Below are positions 15,680-25,172 of a stretch of DNA of 64,000 nt, piece by piece. The stretch lies in sequence record LR756508.1; one strand, given 5' to 3'. The notes under the pieces were generated by a model, which searched no databases, had not been told where the DNA came from, and saw only the letters and a list, made by a program, of their open reading frames with translations. Numbering within the stretch: position 1 is the first letter of the stretch; every line of letters begins with the position of its first letter. A program made the position numbers and the translations under genes.

Positions 15680-17926
15680 ATGAGCCGAACATATATTCCA
15701 GAGGAAGATCAGCGTGTAGCCGACAAGTCTGCTCTTAAAGATCTTTATCCAACGGCAGAAAGAACAGTATACCTTGATTCAGAAGATAACACTTACTTCT
15801 GGGATACAAGCGGCGATGCCTCTAACGCCAACGGAGACACGATTCTAAGTTCAAATGAGCCTGGGTTTCAAGACGGAGATGCTAACGAAGGTGTTTGGAG
15901 ACTTTCTCCTACCGATTTTTCTAGAAAAACCACTGATGATTTAGCTGAAGGTTCAAATCAGTATTACACTGACACCCGAGCAAGAAACGCCCTCTCGGCG
16001 ACTGGTGACATTTCCTACGATTCAAACACCGGTGAATTCAGCGTAACTTCTTACAGTTCAAGTGACTTTGATTCAGATTTCTCAAATCGAACTACCGACG
16101 ATCTTGTTGAGGGTTCTTCTCAATTATACTTCACTGAAGAACGTGTTGACGACCGTGTAGATAATTTACTTACTCCTGGTCTTCACGTAGCATCTACCTA
16201 TAACGACGCTTCTGATTCAATTATCTTGGACGTCGATGATAACTTAAGTAGTTACTCGAACGACGTCGGGTTTATTTCAGATTTAAGTGGATTTACAACC
16301 GATGACTTGGCAGAAGGAGCCAACAACCTGTATTACACAGACGATAAAGTAAAAAATGAGTTTGAAGCTTATGGTGACCTTACTTATGATATAGATCCTG
16401 TTACTGGCGGCTTTGACATGTCGAAAGCCAGCTATTCAAACACAAGTTTTGGCGTAGGATCTGAAGATTCAATTCCACGTGGAATTGCACTCAACAGCGA
16501 CGGAACGAAAATGTTCATTATTGGGGAAAATGGAGATAATGTTCATGAATATAGTATGAGCATTGGATTTGATCTATCTACAGCGACCTACTCTGGAACA
16601 AGTTTTAATATAAGTCAAGATGTCGAGCCAACGGGAATAGCGTTTAATGGTGGTGGAACGAAAATGTTCATTTCTGGATCGGCTAATGATAACATTTATG
16701 AGTATGGGTTGAATACTGGTTTTGATTTATCTACGGCAAGCTTTACTACAAGCTTCGACGTAAGCAATGAGCTTTTTGATCCGAGGGATATCGAGTTTAA
16801 TAATGATGGAACGAAAATGTTTGTTCCTGATGATGGAGTTTCCGACAGCATTCACGAGTATGATTTGAGTACGGCCTTTGATGTATCAACTGCGAGCTGG
16901 AATAGAAGCTTAGATACGAGTTCCGAAGACTTTGAAAGAAAAGACGTCGCGTTCAATAGTGATGGAACAAAGATGTTCGTCGTTGGAAGCTCTAACCAGA
17001 ATATTTATGAGTATAACTTGAGTACTGGTTTCGACCTATCAACAGCCAGCTATTCAGGAACAAATTTTGATATAGGGTCTGAAGACAGCGTGATGACGGG
17101 AATCGCGTTCAATAGCGATGGTACTACAATGCTTCTCGTTGGTGGGAATAACGCTGATGTCCATCAATACGAAGTTGGCGATACCAGCGACAAAGGTCGC
17201 TTCTCTATTGATGTTTCTGAGATTAGCGATCTTCTTTCAAGCTCTACTACCGACGATCTGGCGGAAGGGGGTTCAAATCTTTACTTTACAGATGAAAGAG
17301 TTGATGACCGAGTTAACAGTCTGCTTACCGGGGGAAATGGAGTTACCCTTTCCTACGACGACGCAAATAATACATTGTCAATAGCGGCAAGTGACCTCAC
17401 CACCGAAGAAGTTCAAGATGATGCCTGGGCCGTTCTTAGTGGAACGCAGAGCTTAATTAACGTTACATATGACGATGCAAATGATGAAGTTGATTTTGTA
17501 GTAGAGCCTAGTTTGAGTAACTACACAAATGACGCTGGATTTCTTACCGATATAAATGGGTTTACTTCCGACGACCTCACTGAGGGGTCTTATAACCTTT
17601 ACTACACTGATAGCAGGGTAGACAGTCGAGTTGATAATGTTCTTCCAACTGGTCAAGATTCATTTAGTGGAGATGGGAATCAAGAGCAGTTTCAGATTTC
17701 GCATGGACTTGGAGCAAAACCGAATACATGGCTTATAAGCTCTGCCTCTGACGACGCCAGTGGAATTTCGCATACCACTGCCGACGACACCACTCTTTAC
17801 GTAAATTACGACTCGGCACCTCCTTCTGGCACTGGGAACGTTGTGATTAATTGGATGGCAGTTGGACTTGGAACGAATGTCGCACCTCTTTGGGAAGACC
17901 AGGGAGATGTGGAGTATGAGAAGTAG
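15680..17926 (+). CDS. Virion fibre/adhesin-like protein with beta-propeller insert
   Basis: Five T(T/S)DDLxEGxxxLY(Y/F)T-type repeats flanking five GIAFNxDGTKMF...YxLSTxFDxSTA blades; very acidic; small beta-sandwich C-terminus. Confidence 0.75.
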   Translation: MSRTYIPEEDQRVADKSALKDLYPTAERTVYLDSEDNTYFWDTSGDASNANGDTILSSNEPGFQDGDANEGVWRLSPTDFSRKTTDDLAEGSNQYYTDTRARNALSATGDISYDSNTGEFSVTSYSSSDFDSDFSNRTTDDLVEGSSQLYFTEERVDDRVDNLLTPGLHVASTYNDASDSIILDVDDNLSSYSNDVGFISDLSGFTTDDLAEGANNLYYTDDKVKNEFEAYGDLTYDIDPVTGGFDMSKASYSNTSFGVGSEDSIPRGIALNSDGTKMFIIGENGDNVHEYSMSIGFDLSTATYSGTSFNISQDVEPTGIAFNGGGTKMFISGSANDNIYEYGLNTGFDLSTASFTTSFDVSNELFDPRDIEFNNDGTKMFVPDDGVSDSIHEYDLSTAFDVSTASWNRSLDTSSEDFERKDVAFNSDGTKMFVVGSSNQNIYEYNLSTGFDLSTASYSGTNFDIGSEDSVMTGIAFNSDGTTMLLVGGNNADVHQYEVGDTSDKGRFSIDVSEISDLLSSSTTDDLAEGGSNLYFTDERVDDRVNSLLTGGNGVTLSYDDANNTLSIAASDLTTEEVQDDAWAVLSGTQSLINVTYDDANDEVDFVVEPSLSNYTNDAGFLTDINGFTSDDLTEGSYNLYYTDSRVDSRVDNVLPTGQDSFSGDGNQEQFQISHGLGAKPNTWLISSASDDASGISHTTADDTTLYVNYDSAPPSGTGNVVINWMAVGLGTNVAPLWEDQGDVEYEK

Positions 17927-17937
17927 AATAATCAAGT

Positions 17938-18234
17938 ATGGAAAATGAAACCACTCTAAAAGATCAAGTTAACGCTTTAAAAAGGTTTGAAGAGTGGTTG
18001 CATTCTGCCTATCAAGAAGAAACCGTTAAAAGAATATACAGAGAACTTTCTACAATAGGAAGTAGAAAGGTAGATATCTATCAAGTTAATATTCTCTTGT
18101 ATCCTCTTGATTCCACTGAATTCATTTCTAAGATAGAAAACAAGTCTTTTGAAAGAGAGAAAGTTGAGTATACTATACATTTAGTTCCGATTAATGAGTG
18201 TTCAAGAAAACCTGCGGCTTTAGCCGCAAGATGA
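17938..18234 (+). CDS. Hypothetical protein, 3' end replaced by the IS left end
   Basis: The last 12 codons (ECSRKPAALAAR) are read from the element-2 left-end hairpin. Confidence 0.6.
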   Translation: MENETTLKDQVNALKRFEEWLHSAYQEETVKRIYRELSTIGSRKVDIYQVNILLYPLDSTEFISKIENKSFEREKVEYTIHLVPINECSRKPAALAAR

Positions 18235-19628
18235 ATTGAATCAGTTGATATTTAGAAACACATGAGAGTCAGAACCTTAGGTTCCAAATGCAAGTAACCA
18301 GAACTTTGAAATTCAAAATTCAAGATCCAAACGAGAGCAAAAAGTCGAGCTTAAACGAGACGGTTCGGCAGTATCGGAAATGCGTCAATTTCTACTTGCA
18401 TGAGATCGGACGAAAGCAGTCGACAACCAAGTCCGACTATCAGGATCAATACCAGAAAGCCAAAAGCCAGTACAACTTGCCAACGGCTTTAATCCAGCAA
18501 GCTAGAGATTTTGCTTTTGAGCAGCATAAGAGCTACAAAAACAACGATAAAAACAAAACATTCCCACATTTTAACAGTTTCACGCCAATCGACTACGACC
18601 AGAGAACTTTGAGCTTGAAGCCGAAAGACGGACATTTTTGGCTTTGGGCGAGTTTATCGACCACGAGAGGAAGAGCGAGAGTTCCAATTGAAGGTGGCGA
18701 AAAGCACTACGAGATGCTAAAACAAAAAGACTTTGATGTAAAAAGCGCAAAGCTAAGATACAAGCCTGAGACCGACGAGTATTATTTGGACGTTCACGTC
18801 AAAAAGAACGTTGAAATCCAAGACGCCGAAAGTTCAAAATATTATATCGGAGTTGACGTTGGGATCAACAATCTTGCTACAATTGTTGTCCAAAACCGAG
18901 GAGGAGAAGTACTTGAAACTAAGTTTTTCGATGGAAGCTACGTAAGCGAGAAACGCCGACACTACCGAAAGAAACGAAAAGAGTATATGTTGAAGGGCTT
19001 ATGGTCGAAGCTACGCAAGTCGAAAGGCAAGGAAAGGCGTTTCATGAAAGACGTCAACCACAAGATTTCAAAATACATCAAAGACTTATGCGAGAAGTAC
19101 GAGAGTTCAACGGTCGTGATGGAGAAGCTTGACGAAATTCGAGATCATATGAACTTCAATAAAAAGCAGAACAGAAGACTACACAACTGGAATTTCGCAC
19201 AACTACAACAGTTCATCGAGTACAAAGCCCATATCATGGGGACGAGTATTCGAAGAGTTCCGCCTTTTAAGACATCCCAAGTTTGCAGGAACTGTTTTAA
19301 CTTTCTAAGTCGAAGTTCGAAAAATGCAGTTAATGCAGTTTGCAAAACCTGCAAGAAGGGTGTCGTCAATGCGGACTTGAACGCAGCAGTCAATATTGTA
19401 AGACGTTTGTGGTATTACATAAGCGAGAATTCTGACATCGATATCACCGTACCGCAAATCGAGTCGCGTGAATTCGGCTCGGAGGACTCTAGATTAGAGT
19501 CCCATCAAGGAGGCGTCAAAAGCGAAGGCGACACCGCTGCAGTTGAAACTCCACATGAGCTTCAACTTGTGCCGCAATTGAGCTAAAGCCTGCCTTGAAG
19601 CCTCCGTCCTTGGACGGGGGTCATTCAC
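18196..19628 (+). mobile_element. tnpB-only IS200/IS605-family element 2
   Basis: TTAAT at 18191-18195, left end GTTCAAGAAAA-CCTGCGGC-TTTA-GCCGCAAG-ATGAATTGAA, right end GAAGCCTCCGTCCTTGGACGGGGGTCATTCAC. Confidence 0.85.
18288..19586 (+). CDS. tnpB: RNA-guided endonuclease TnpB, paralogue of 12363-13655
   Basis: GVDVG, VMEKL, CRNC/CKTC, NADLNAA. Confidence 0.92.
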   Translation: MQVTRTLKFKIQDPNESKKSSLNETVRQYRKCVNFYLHEIGRKQSTTKSDYQDQYQKAKSQYNLPTALIQQARDFAFEQHKSYKNNDKNKTFPHFNSFTPIDYDQRTLSLKPKDGHFWLWASLSTTRGRARVPIEGGEKHYEMLKQKDFDVKSAKLRYKPETDEYYLDVHVKKNVEIQDAESSKYYIGVDVGINNLATIVVQNRGGEVLETKFFDGSYVSEKRRHYRKKRKEYMLKGLWSKLRKSKGKERRFMKDVNHKISKYIKDLCEKYESSTVVMEKLDEIRDHMNFNKKQNRRLHNWNFAQLQQFIEYKAHIMGTSIRRVPPFKTSQVCRNCFNFLSRSSKNAVNAVCKTCKKGVVNADLNAAVNIVRRLWYYISENSDIDITVPQIESREFGSEDSRLESHQGGVKSEGDTAAVETPHELQLVPQLS

Positions 19629-19703
19629 TGTAAGCCTAAAGCTTGCCATGGAGATATCATAAAAACACTTCTTAAAAAAGCTAAATCTAAGTTAAACATA
19701 TAA
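19629..19703 (+). pseudogene. Orphan C-terminal fragment of a DUF4326-like gene
   Basis: Immediately after the right end, reads CKPKACHGDIIKTLLKKAKSKLNI-stop, matching the C-x-C-x-P-x-x-C-H-G-D signature tail. Confidence 0.65.
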
Positions 19704-19774
19704 AATTTAATTATATCTAAAAACTCTTTAGAACATCCTACAAATCCAATAAGAATTATTTTTTTTTTTAAACA

Positions 19775-20155
19775 TTGATCAAGAAAAGGGTTATGAGTGG
19801 TAACGTCAGTTTAGAAGACTATTTTTTAGATAGACTGTCTGTCGTAAACAAGTTTGTAGACGTATCAGATCTAAATGAAGGAGCGGCAAAAGCATCTCTA
19901 GAGATCCTTCAAGAACTCAGTTTAGAAAATACACAAATTTTTCCTGATCCAGATGGAAAAGTAACACTTTGTTCAACTCAAAACGGAAAACAACTTTATC
20001 TTGAAGTCGAAAACGAAGACGAAATATATTTTCGTCTTAACCGAGTCTCAGACAGAGGTCTAATTAAGGAGAGTTTTCAGTTAAACTTAGATAGGTGTAA
20101 AAACTTGATTCAAAAGAACTTCACGTCAAAACGGAACTCAGTGGCGAGTGCATAG
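19775..20155 (+). CDS. Hypothetical protein
   Basis: 126-aa ORF. Confidence 0.55.
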   Translation: MIKKRVMSGNVSLEDYFLDRLSVVNKFVDVSDLNEGAAKASLEILQELSLENTQIFPDPDGKVTLCSTQNGKQLYLEVENEDEIYFRLNRVSDRGLIKESFQLNLDRCKNLIQKNFTSKRNSVASA

Positions 20156-20205
20156 TAAAATGAGGTGCTTTAAGGAAGCATATTCTACTACCAGCACTTG
20201 AAGTC

Positions 20206-20652
20206 ATGTCTTACGTTCGGACTAATGAAAGAGAGATGGATGAATTCCTAGAACCGAAAGGGTTTCGTCCCTTGAACGTTGAAGGAACCAAAGAAAAGGT
20301 GTATGGCAAGCGCGTCGACCGCAGAGGTACCGCTTTGAGCTTGAGAGTGTATAGTTCCATCTGGAATGGAACTGCAAGAGATAAAGGAAGTGATGCTATT
20401 CGCGTTGAGCTTTTCAAGTGGGATTCCGATAGAGATGAACCTGTCCATGTAGGTCACGGAAAGCGCGTGCACCGCATTGAAACGTGGCGCAAAAATCTCG
20501 CTAAGCGAATTAACGACGTTGAGAGTATGCTTGGACCGGCCTGTCCGAGTTGTGGAGATATGATGGTTCTCAGAAATGGTTCCAACGGAGAGTTCTGGGG
20601 ATGCTCGAACTACAAAAAAGGTTGCAAAGGAACCCGAAGCTGTAAAGAGTGA
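20206..20652 (+). CDS. Protein with C-terminal topoisomerase-type C4 zinc ribbon
   Basis: CPSCGDMMVLRNGSNGEFWGCSNYKKGC. Confidence 0.8.
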   Translation: MSYVRTNEREMDEFLEPKGFRPLNVEGTKEKVYGKRVDRRGTALSLRVYSSIWNGTARDKGSDAIRVELFKWDSDRDEPVHVGHGKRVHRIETWRKNLAKRINDVESMLGPACPSCGDMMVLRNGSNGEFWGCSNYKKGCKGTRSCKE

Positions 20653-21425
20653 TGAATTTTCTAATTCAGTCAAGAGTTTTTGATACCTCCGAAAAGACAG
20701 TAAGGTATCTTGAAAATAAAGATCACGACATAACCGAATTCTCTTCTCAATTCTCCATTGAAGAACCTCACTTCTTTAGAGGATCGGTTGAAAAGGCTAA
20801 AGAGCATTATGACAATGATAATGTTCTCATGTATTATGATCCCAACTCCTATGACTTTTCATCTTTTGCTTCAAACTTTCCATATGGCTTTTTAAATGAG
20901 GACTACGAAATTTACTCCTTTAAGAAATTCCAGTCTTCAAAAAAAGAAATATTCCAAAAGTTCGGTAAAGAAGACTTTATAACAGGAAGCGATGAGCAGA
21001 TTATTTTTGTTCGTCCTGATTCTGGTCTCAAAAGTTTCAGTGGGCAAGTAATAGATGAAACATTTTGGAACGCTTATGTAAACATGTTTCGTAAAAGAAA
21101 TGTTGAAGATATAGTAGTGAGCACTCCAAAGAAGGTAGGAAATGAGTTTCGTTTTGTTGTTTTCTATAATGATTTAGTGAAAGCAGGATCAAGTTATATT
21201 AAAAATGGTGATGTTTGGTACGAAGAAATTAATTCACTACATCCTGCTTATAGGTCAGCAAAAAGAGTAGCTGAAGATTGTTCTGTTAAAACTGAAAACG
21301 GGTGTTATATCCTGGATCTGGTAGAAACTCCAACTGAGTATAAGGTTGTTGAAGTAAACGCTTTTTCAACTTCTGACTTGTACGATTGTGATCGCCGCCG
21401 AATCTTTAAAAGTTTAAGTTTTTAG
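20649..21425 (+). CDS. ATP-grasp protein, R2K/DUF4343-like
   Basis: FVRPDSGLKSFSGQV, EFRFVV, YILDL...VVEVNAFSTSDLY. Confidence 0.75.
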   Translation: MMNFLIQSRVFDTSEKTVRYLENKDHDITEFSSQFSIEEPHFFRGSVEKAKEHYDNDNVLMYYDPNSYDFSSFASNFPYGFLNEDYEIYSFKKFQSSKKEIFQKFGKEDFITGSDEQIIFVRPDSGLKSFSGQVIDETFWNAYVNMFRKRNVEDIVVSTPKKVGNEFRFVVFYNDLVKAGSSYIKNGDVWYEEINSLHPAYRSAKRVAEDCSVKTENGCYILDLVETPTEYKVVEVNAFSTSDLYDCDRRRIFKSLSF

Positions 21426-21429
21426 TCTA

Positions 21430-21780
21430 ATGCAGGAAGACTATAAACAGGTAATTATTATTCGAAAAGATTTGGAAATGAGAAAAGGAAAGTATGTGGC
21501 GCAAGGTTCTCACGCTGCCCGAGGTGCATCTATCAACGCGAGTTATGAAGTCGTAAGTCGCTGGGAGCGGCAGGGGGAGACTAAAATTGTAGTGGGGATA
21601 AAAGGCAAAGAAAATCTCCTTTCGCTTTATAATGAAGCACGCAGTGATGGACTTCCTTGTAAACTTGTTAGAGACGCAGCAAGAACTGAATTTGATGAAG
21701 AAAAACTAACTGCAGTAGCTATAGGTCCCGCAGAAGAAAGTAAAGTTGATAAGCACACTGGAAATCTAAAACTTCTTTAG
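21430..21780 (+). CDS. pth2: Peptidyl-tRNA hydrolase, Pth2 type
   Basis: KQVIIIRKDLEMRKGKYVAQGSHA, KIVV, VRDAARTE, TAVAIGP. Confidence 0.92.
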   Translation: MQEDYKQVIIIRKDLEMRKGKYVAQGSHAARGASINASYEVVSRWERQGETKIVVGIKGKENLLSLYNEARSDGLPCKLVRDAARTEFDEEKLTAVAIGPAEESKVDKHTGNLKLL

Positions 21781-21783
21781 TCT

Positions 21784-22239
21784 ATGAGATCTTTTAAATC
21801 ATTTCCATTTAAATTTAGAGTCTTTGATAAAAAAAGTGAGGAAATGGTTATTGAGCCTGAACAGTTCGTAGTTCGAGGCGATGGTATTCTTCTCAAAGCA
21901 GAAAAAGATAATGCCTCTATAACTTTAAAAAAAGTTGAAGATCGATATGAACTTATGTGGCATATCGGAAAAAAAGATAAAAAAGAAAAACCGATTTTTG
22001 AAGGAGACATTGTAGAGAGGGAAGCCAAAAGATTTGATGGAGAAGTAGCTCTGCCAAAATATGAAGGTGCTATCGGTGTTGTGGGTTTTGAATCCCACGA
22101 ATTTTACATTAAAAAAATAAAAGGAGAAAAGTGGGCATTCTATGGACCTGGAGGTTTAAATCTCTCCTGGAGTATGGACATTATAGTAATTGGAAATATT
22201 TTTGAGGATGATGATATTTTGGAAACATTAGAAAATTAG
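21784..22239 (+). CDS. YopX-family protein
   Basis: KFRVFDKK...KDKKEKPIFEGDIV...IVIGNIFE. Confidence 0.8.
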   Translation: MRSFKSFPFKFRVFDKKSEEMVIEPEQFVVRGDGILLKAEKDNASITLKKVEDRYELMWHIGKKDKKEKPIFEGDIVEREAKRFDGEVALPKYEGAIGVVGFESHEFYIKKIKGEKWAFYGPGGLNLSWSMDIIVIGNIFEDDDILETLEN

Positions 22240-22249
22240 CCAGTAAGGT

Positions 22250-22606
22250 ATGAAACAAGATGGCATAATTGACCCAACAAAGTTGAATGTTGGAGATCTG
22301 GTTCAATACGAAGAAAAAAGTTATGGAGGTTACGTAGTTGAGATAATTAATGACTTTTCTGATGATAACTTTCTTCAATATCAAGCTCAAATAATTGAAC
22401 CAATTTATGGTTTTCATAAAAAAGGTTCCACTTTCACATTTGGCCATTCTTTGAAGAAAGAGGATCAATCTATGGTGAGTGTCCATTGTAATTGGAAGGT
22501 AAAAAAGGTTGGAAGTTTAACTTGTCACACACCACTTTCTGAAGACTTTAGTGTAAATGAGTTTCAAAATTTTGTTAAGTCACTCACCGAAAAGTATGTT
22601 GATTAA
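22250..22606 (+). CDS. Hypothetical protein
   Basis: 118-aa ORF coupled to the next gene. Confidence 0.55.
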   Translation: MKQDGIIDPTKLNVGDLVQYEEKSYGGYVVEIINDFSDDNFLQYQAQIIEPIYGFHKKGSTFTFGHSLKKEDQSMVSVHCNWKVKKVGSLTCHTPLSEDFSVNEFQNFVKSLTEKYVD

Positions 22607-23120
22607 GAAGGCGATGCATTTTGCGGGAGATGCTCACGATGGACAGGTGAGAAAATTTCAAAATGTCCCTTATATCCTGCATCCCATTTCCGTAGCGAAA
22701 CTTGTTGAAGTTTATAAAAAACCTAATTCTACTAATTTACTTCGAGTTCTCGCTCTTCTTCATGATACCGTTGAAGACACTGAAGTTTCTCTTTCTGAAA
22801 TTTCAGCAGAGTTCAATTTTAAAGTGGCTACTGTTGTGGAAGAACTTACAAATGATGAAGAAAAGATTGAAAAGGTTGGAAAAACCAATTATCTGCAAGA
22901 AACTCTGGTTGGAATGAGCAATAGTGCCTTGTATGTAAAGCTCTGCGATAGACTCGATAATGTTCTTGATCTTAAGTTGACTCCTAAACACTTTCGGGAG
23001 CGGTATGCTCAGGACACTGAAGACATAATCAAACATCTTATTTCAGAGAGAACTTTGATTAATTCTCAAAATCAGGTTGTAAGTAAGATCGAGGAAACTT
23101 TGAATAAGACGAAGTATTAA
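22596..23120 (+). CDS. HD-domain hydrolase, RelA/SpoT (Mesh1-like small alarmone hydrolase)
   Basis: AHDGQVRK..VPYILHP, ALLHDTVEDT, VEELT, VKLCDRLDN. Confidence 0.88.
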   Translation: MLIKKAMHFAGDAHDGQVRKFQNVPYILHPISVAKLVEVYKKPNSTNLLRVLALLHDTVEDTEVSLSEISAEFNFKVATVVEELTNDEEKIEKVGKTNYLQETLVGMSNSALYVKLCDRLDNVLDLKLTPKHFRERYAQDTEDIIKHLISERTLINSQNQVVSKIEETLNKTKY

Positions 23121-23207
23121 TCTGAACTTCAACAGTTTTAGGGAAACAAATAAACAAAAATACGTACCTATTTAGTAGAATAATTTCTCAAAATAAGTTC
23201 CACTTTC

Positions 23208-23678
23208 ATGTCCACTCACGACACGGCGATGAAAGAAAAAGATGCTCGCACTGAAAATAGCATGCCTACTTACTCTAGTTCTGGTTCAGAACTGGTAGAT
23301 ATGTTTTTTTCTATGGGTGCCTCTAGAGGTCGAAGCGAAGAATACATAAGAGGTATGTTTGAAAAAGCTTACAATCAAATGCCTCTTGAAACTCTCAAGG
23401 CTGCCTTTTACTGCCGAGACGTTCGTGGGGGGCAAGGCGAGCGCCGAACATTTCGTATCTTCTTTAGATACCTAGCTGAAAACGATCCGAACGTAGCACG
23501 CAGAAATCTTGAGCTTATTCCCGAGTATGGAAGATGGGATGACGTTTTACATTCCACAGTCGGTACTCCTGTTGAAGAGGATGCTCTTGAATTTATTGAA
23601 GAGCAACTCGGTGAAGACTGTGAAAAGTTGTTTGGAGAAGAGTTTTCGTTCAACAGTGTAAATGAATTTATTTCCTAA
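23208..23678 (+). CDS. DUF2828/TROVE-like protein, N-terminal part
   Basis: TEN...SSS.SELVDMFF, RDVRGGQGERRTFR, PEYGRWDD. Confidence 0.8.
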   Translation: MSTHDTAMKEKDARTENSMPTYSSSGSELVDMFFSMGASRGRSEEYIRGMFEKAYNQMPLETLKAAFYCRDVRGGQGERRTFRIFFRYLAENDPNVARRNLELIPEYGRWDDVLHSTVGTPVEEDALEFIEEQLGEDCEKLFGEEFSFNSVNEFIS

Positions 23679-24759
23679 CTGGTTATATAAAAAGATGGTC
23701 CAAACCGAAGAAAATAACGTATCTCTTCTTGCAAAGTGGCTTCCTTCCGAGGGGAAGGCTGATCACGATCACTACGTTCTTTTGAGAAACCATCTTGACG
23801 TTTCACCCCGTCAATATCGCAAGATGATTACAAGGCTGCGGAGTGAAATCGATGTGGTTGAGCAGAAAATGTGCGAAAACAACTGGACTGACATTGAATA
23901 TAGCGAGGTCCCTTCGCAGGCGATTAACATCTATCGCCGAGCCTTTGAGCGCCACGATCCCCAAGGCTTTAAAGGTTGGGTCGATGACGTTTACGACGAA
24001 GAACAAGAAGATGAGGAAGTAAAAGCAAATGCAATCTATCCTCATCAGATTACAGATCGATTTATCGGGGACATGTGGGGAGGATTTGCTAATATGTCCG
24101 ACGATGAGCGGCGCATGCTTCAAGCCCAGTGGGATAGTCTCCCTGACTACATTCCAGATGGCAGAAATATTTTGCCCGTCTGTGATACTTCCGGCTCTAT
24201 GACCCGAGATCATGCTATTAATGTTTCTCTTGGACTTGGGCTTTACATTAGCGAGAGAAATGATGGGCCATTTGAAGATTATGTTGCTACCTTTAGCCAG
24301 AGTCCAGACTTTGTTAAAATTGAAAGTGATGGGCTTAATGACCGAGTCCAAGAACTAGAGGGGATCAACTGGGGAAGCAATACTGATTTTGAATCTTTAA
24401 TTCGTGGCCTTTTGAAGCTTGCGATAAGGCACAACGTGAATGAAGAATTTATGCCCGAAACTGTCTTGGTATTAAGTGACATGCAATTTGACAGGTGCGT
24501 TCGCGAGCCAGATGATTCGGCTTATGAGATGTTTGAAAGAGAGTATGAAGAAGCAGGATACAAACTTCCAAACATTGTGTTTTGGAATCTTCGAGATTCG
24601 AGTGGAAATCCGGTGAAGTTTTCTTCTCAGGGAACTGCTTTGGTTTCAGGGTTTTCACCTTCAATTTTGGAAAATGTATTGGAAGGTGGAAATCTTACCC
24701 CAATTTCTATTGTGATGGAGACTATCAATGACGAGAGGTACGATCCAATAACACTTTAA
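23662..24759 (+). CDS. DUF2828/TROVE-like protein, C-terminal part with vWA domain
   Basis: LLAKWLPSEG, MIDAS-like CDTSGSM, WGSNTDF, LSDMQFD, IVFWNL, VSGFSP; +1 frame, overlapping the N part by 17 nt. Confidence 0.82.
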   Translation: MNLFPNWLYKKMVQTEENNVSLLAKWLPSEGKADHDHYVLLRNHLDVSPRQYRKMITRLRSEIDVVEQKMCENNWTDIEYSEVPSQAINIYRRAFERHDPQGFKGWVDDVYDEEQEDEEVKANAIYPHQITDRFIGDMWGGFANMSDDERRMLQAQWDSLPDYIPDGRNILPVCDTSGSMTRDHAINVSLGLGLYISERNDGPFEDYVATFSQSPDFVKIESDGLNDRVQELEGINWGSNTDFESLIRGLLKLAIRHNVNEEFMPETVLVLSDMQFDRCVREPDDSAYEMFEREYEEAGYKLPNIVFWNLRDSSGNPVKFSSQGTALVSGFSPSILENVLEGGNLTPISIVMETINDERYDPITL

Positions 24760-24786
24760 TTATCATAAATAAATATTTAACAAGTT

Positions 24787-25140
24787 ATGTCTAGTGAAAA
24801 TGGAGAAATGACCGAAAATGATGATCTTGGATACAGAGTTCCAAACAGGGAAGAGTTAGAGTTGGAAAGAAAAACTTTCTCTGTGGTTCAAACTGATGGT
24901 CAAGAAACTTCTGTTAAAGGAACGAGAATGGTTCGTCCTTCTGACAGAGATGGTCTTTTGATCGTAGACGACACCGTAGCCCAAGAAAGCGGAATGGATC
25001 TCTCTTCTGAAGACGCTGGAGATAGTTTTGTGGTTCTTGCCATTCCAAACGCTACCCTGAAACTTGCCTATATTAAAGAGCACGAAGAAGAAAGTGACGT
25101 TGAGGATGAGTGGAGTGTTGATGAAGAGATGGAAATTTAA
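24787..25140 (+). CDS. Acidic hypothetical protein
   Basis: 117-aa ORF. Confidence 0.6.
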   Translation: MSSENGEMTENDDLGYRVPNREELELERKTFSVVQTDGQETSVKGTRMVRPSDRDGLLIVDDTVAQESGMDLSSEDAGDSFVVLAIPNATLKLAYIKEHEEESDVEDEWSVDEEMEI

Positions 25141-25172
25141 ATGAATCCAATCTATAGGTCAGGCAAAAAATA

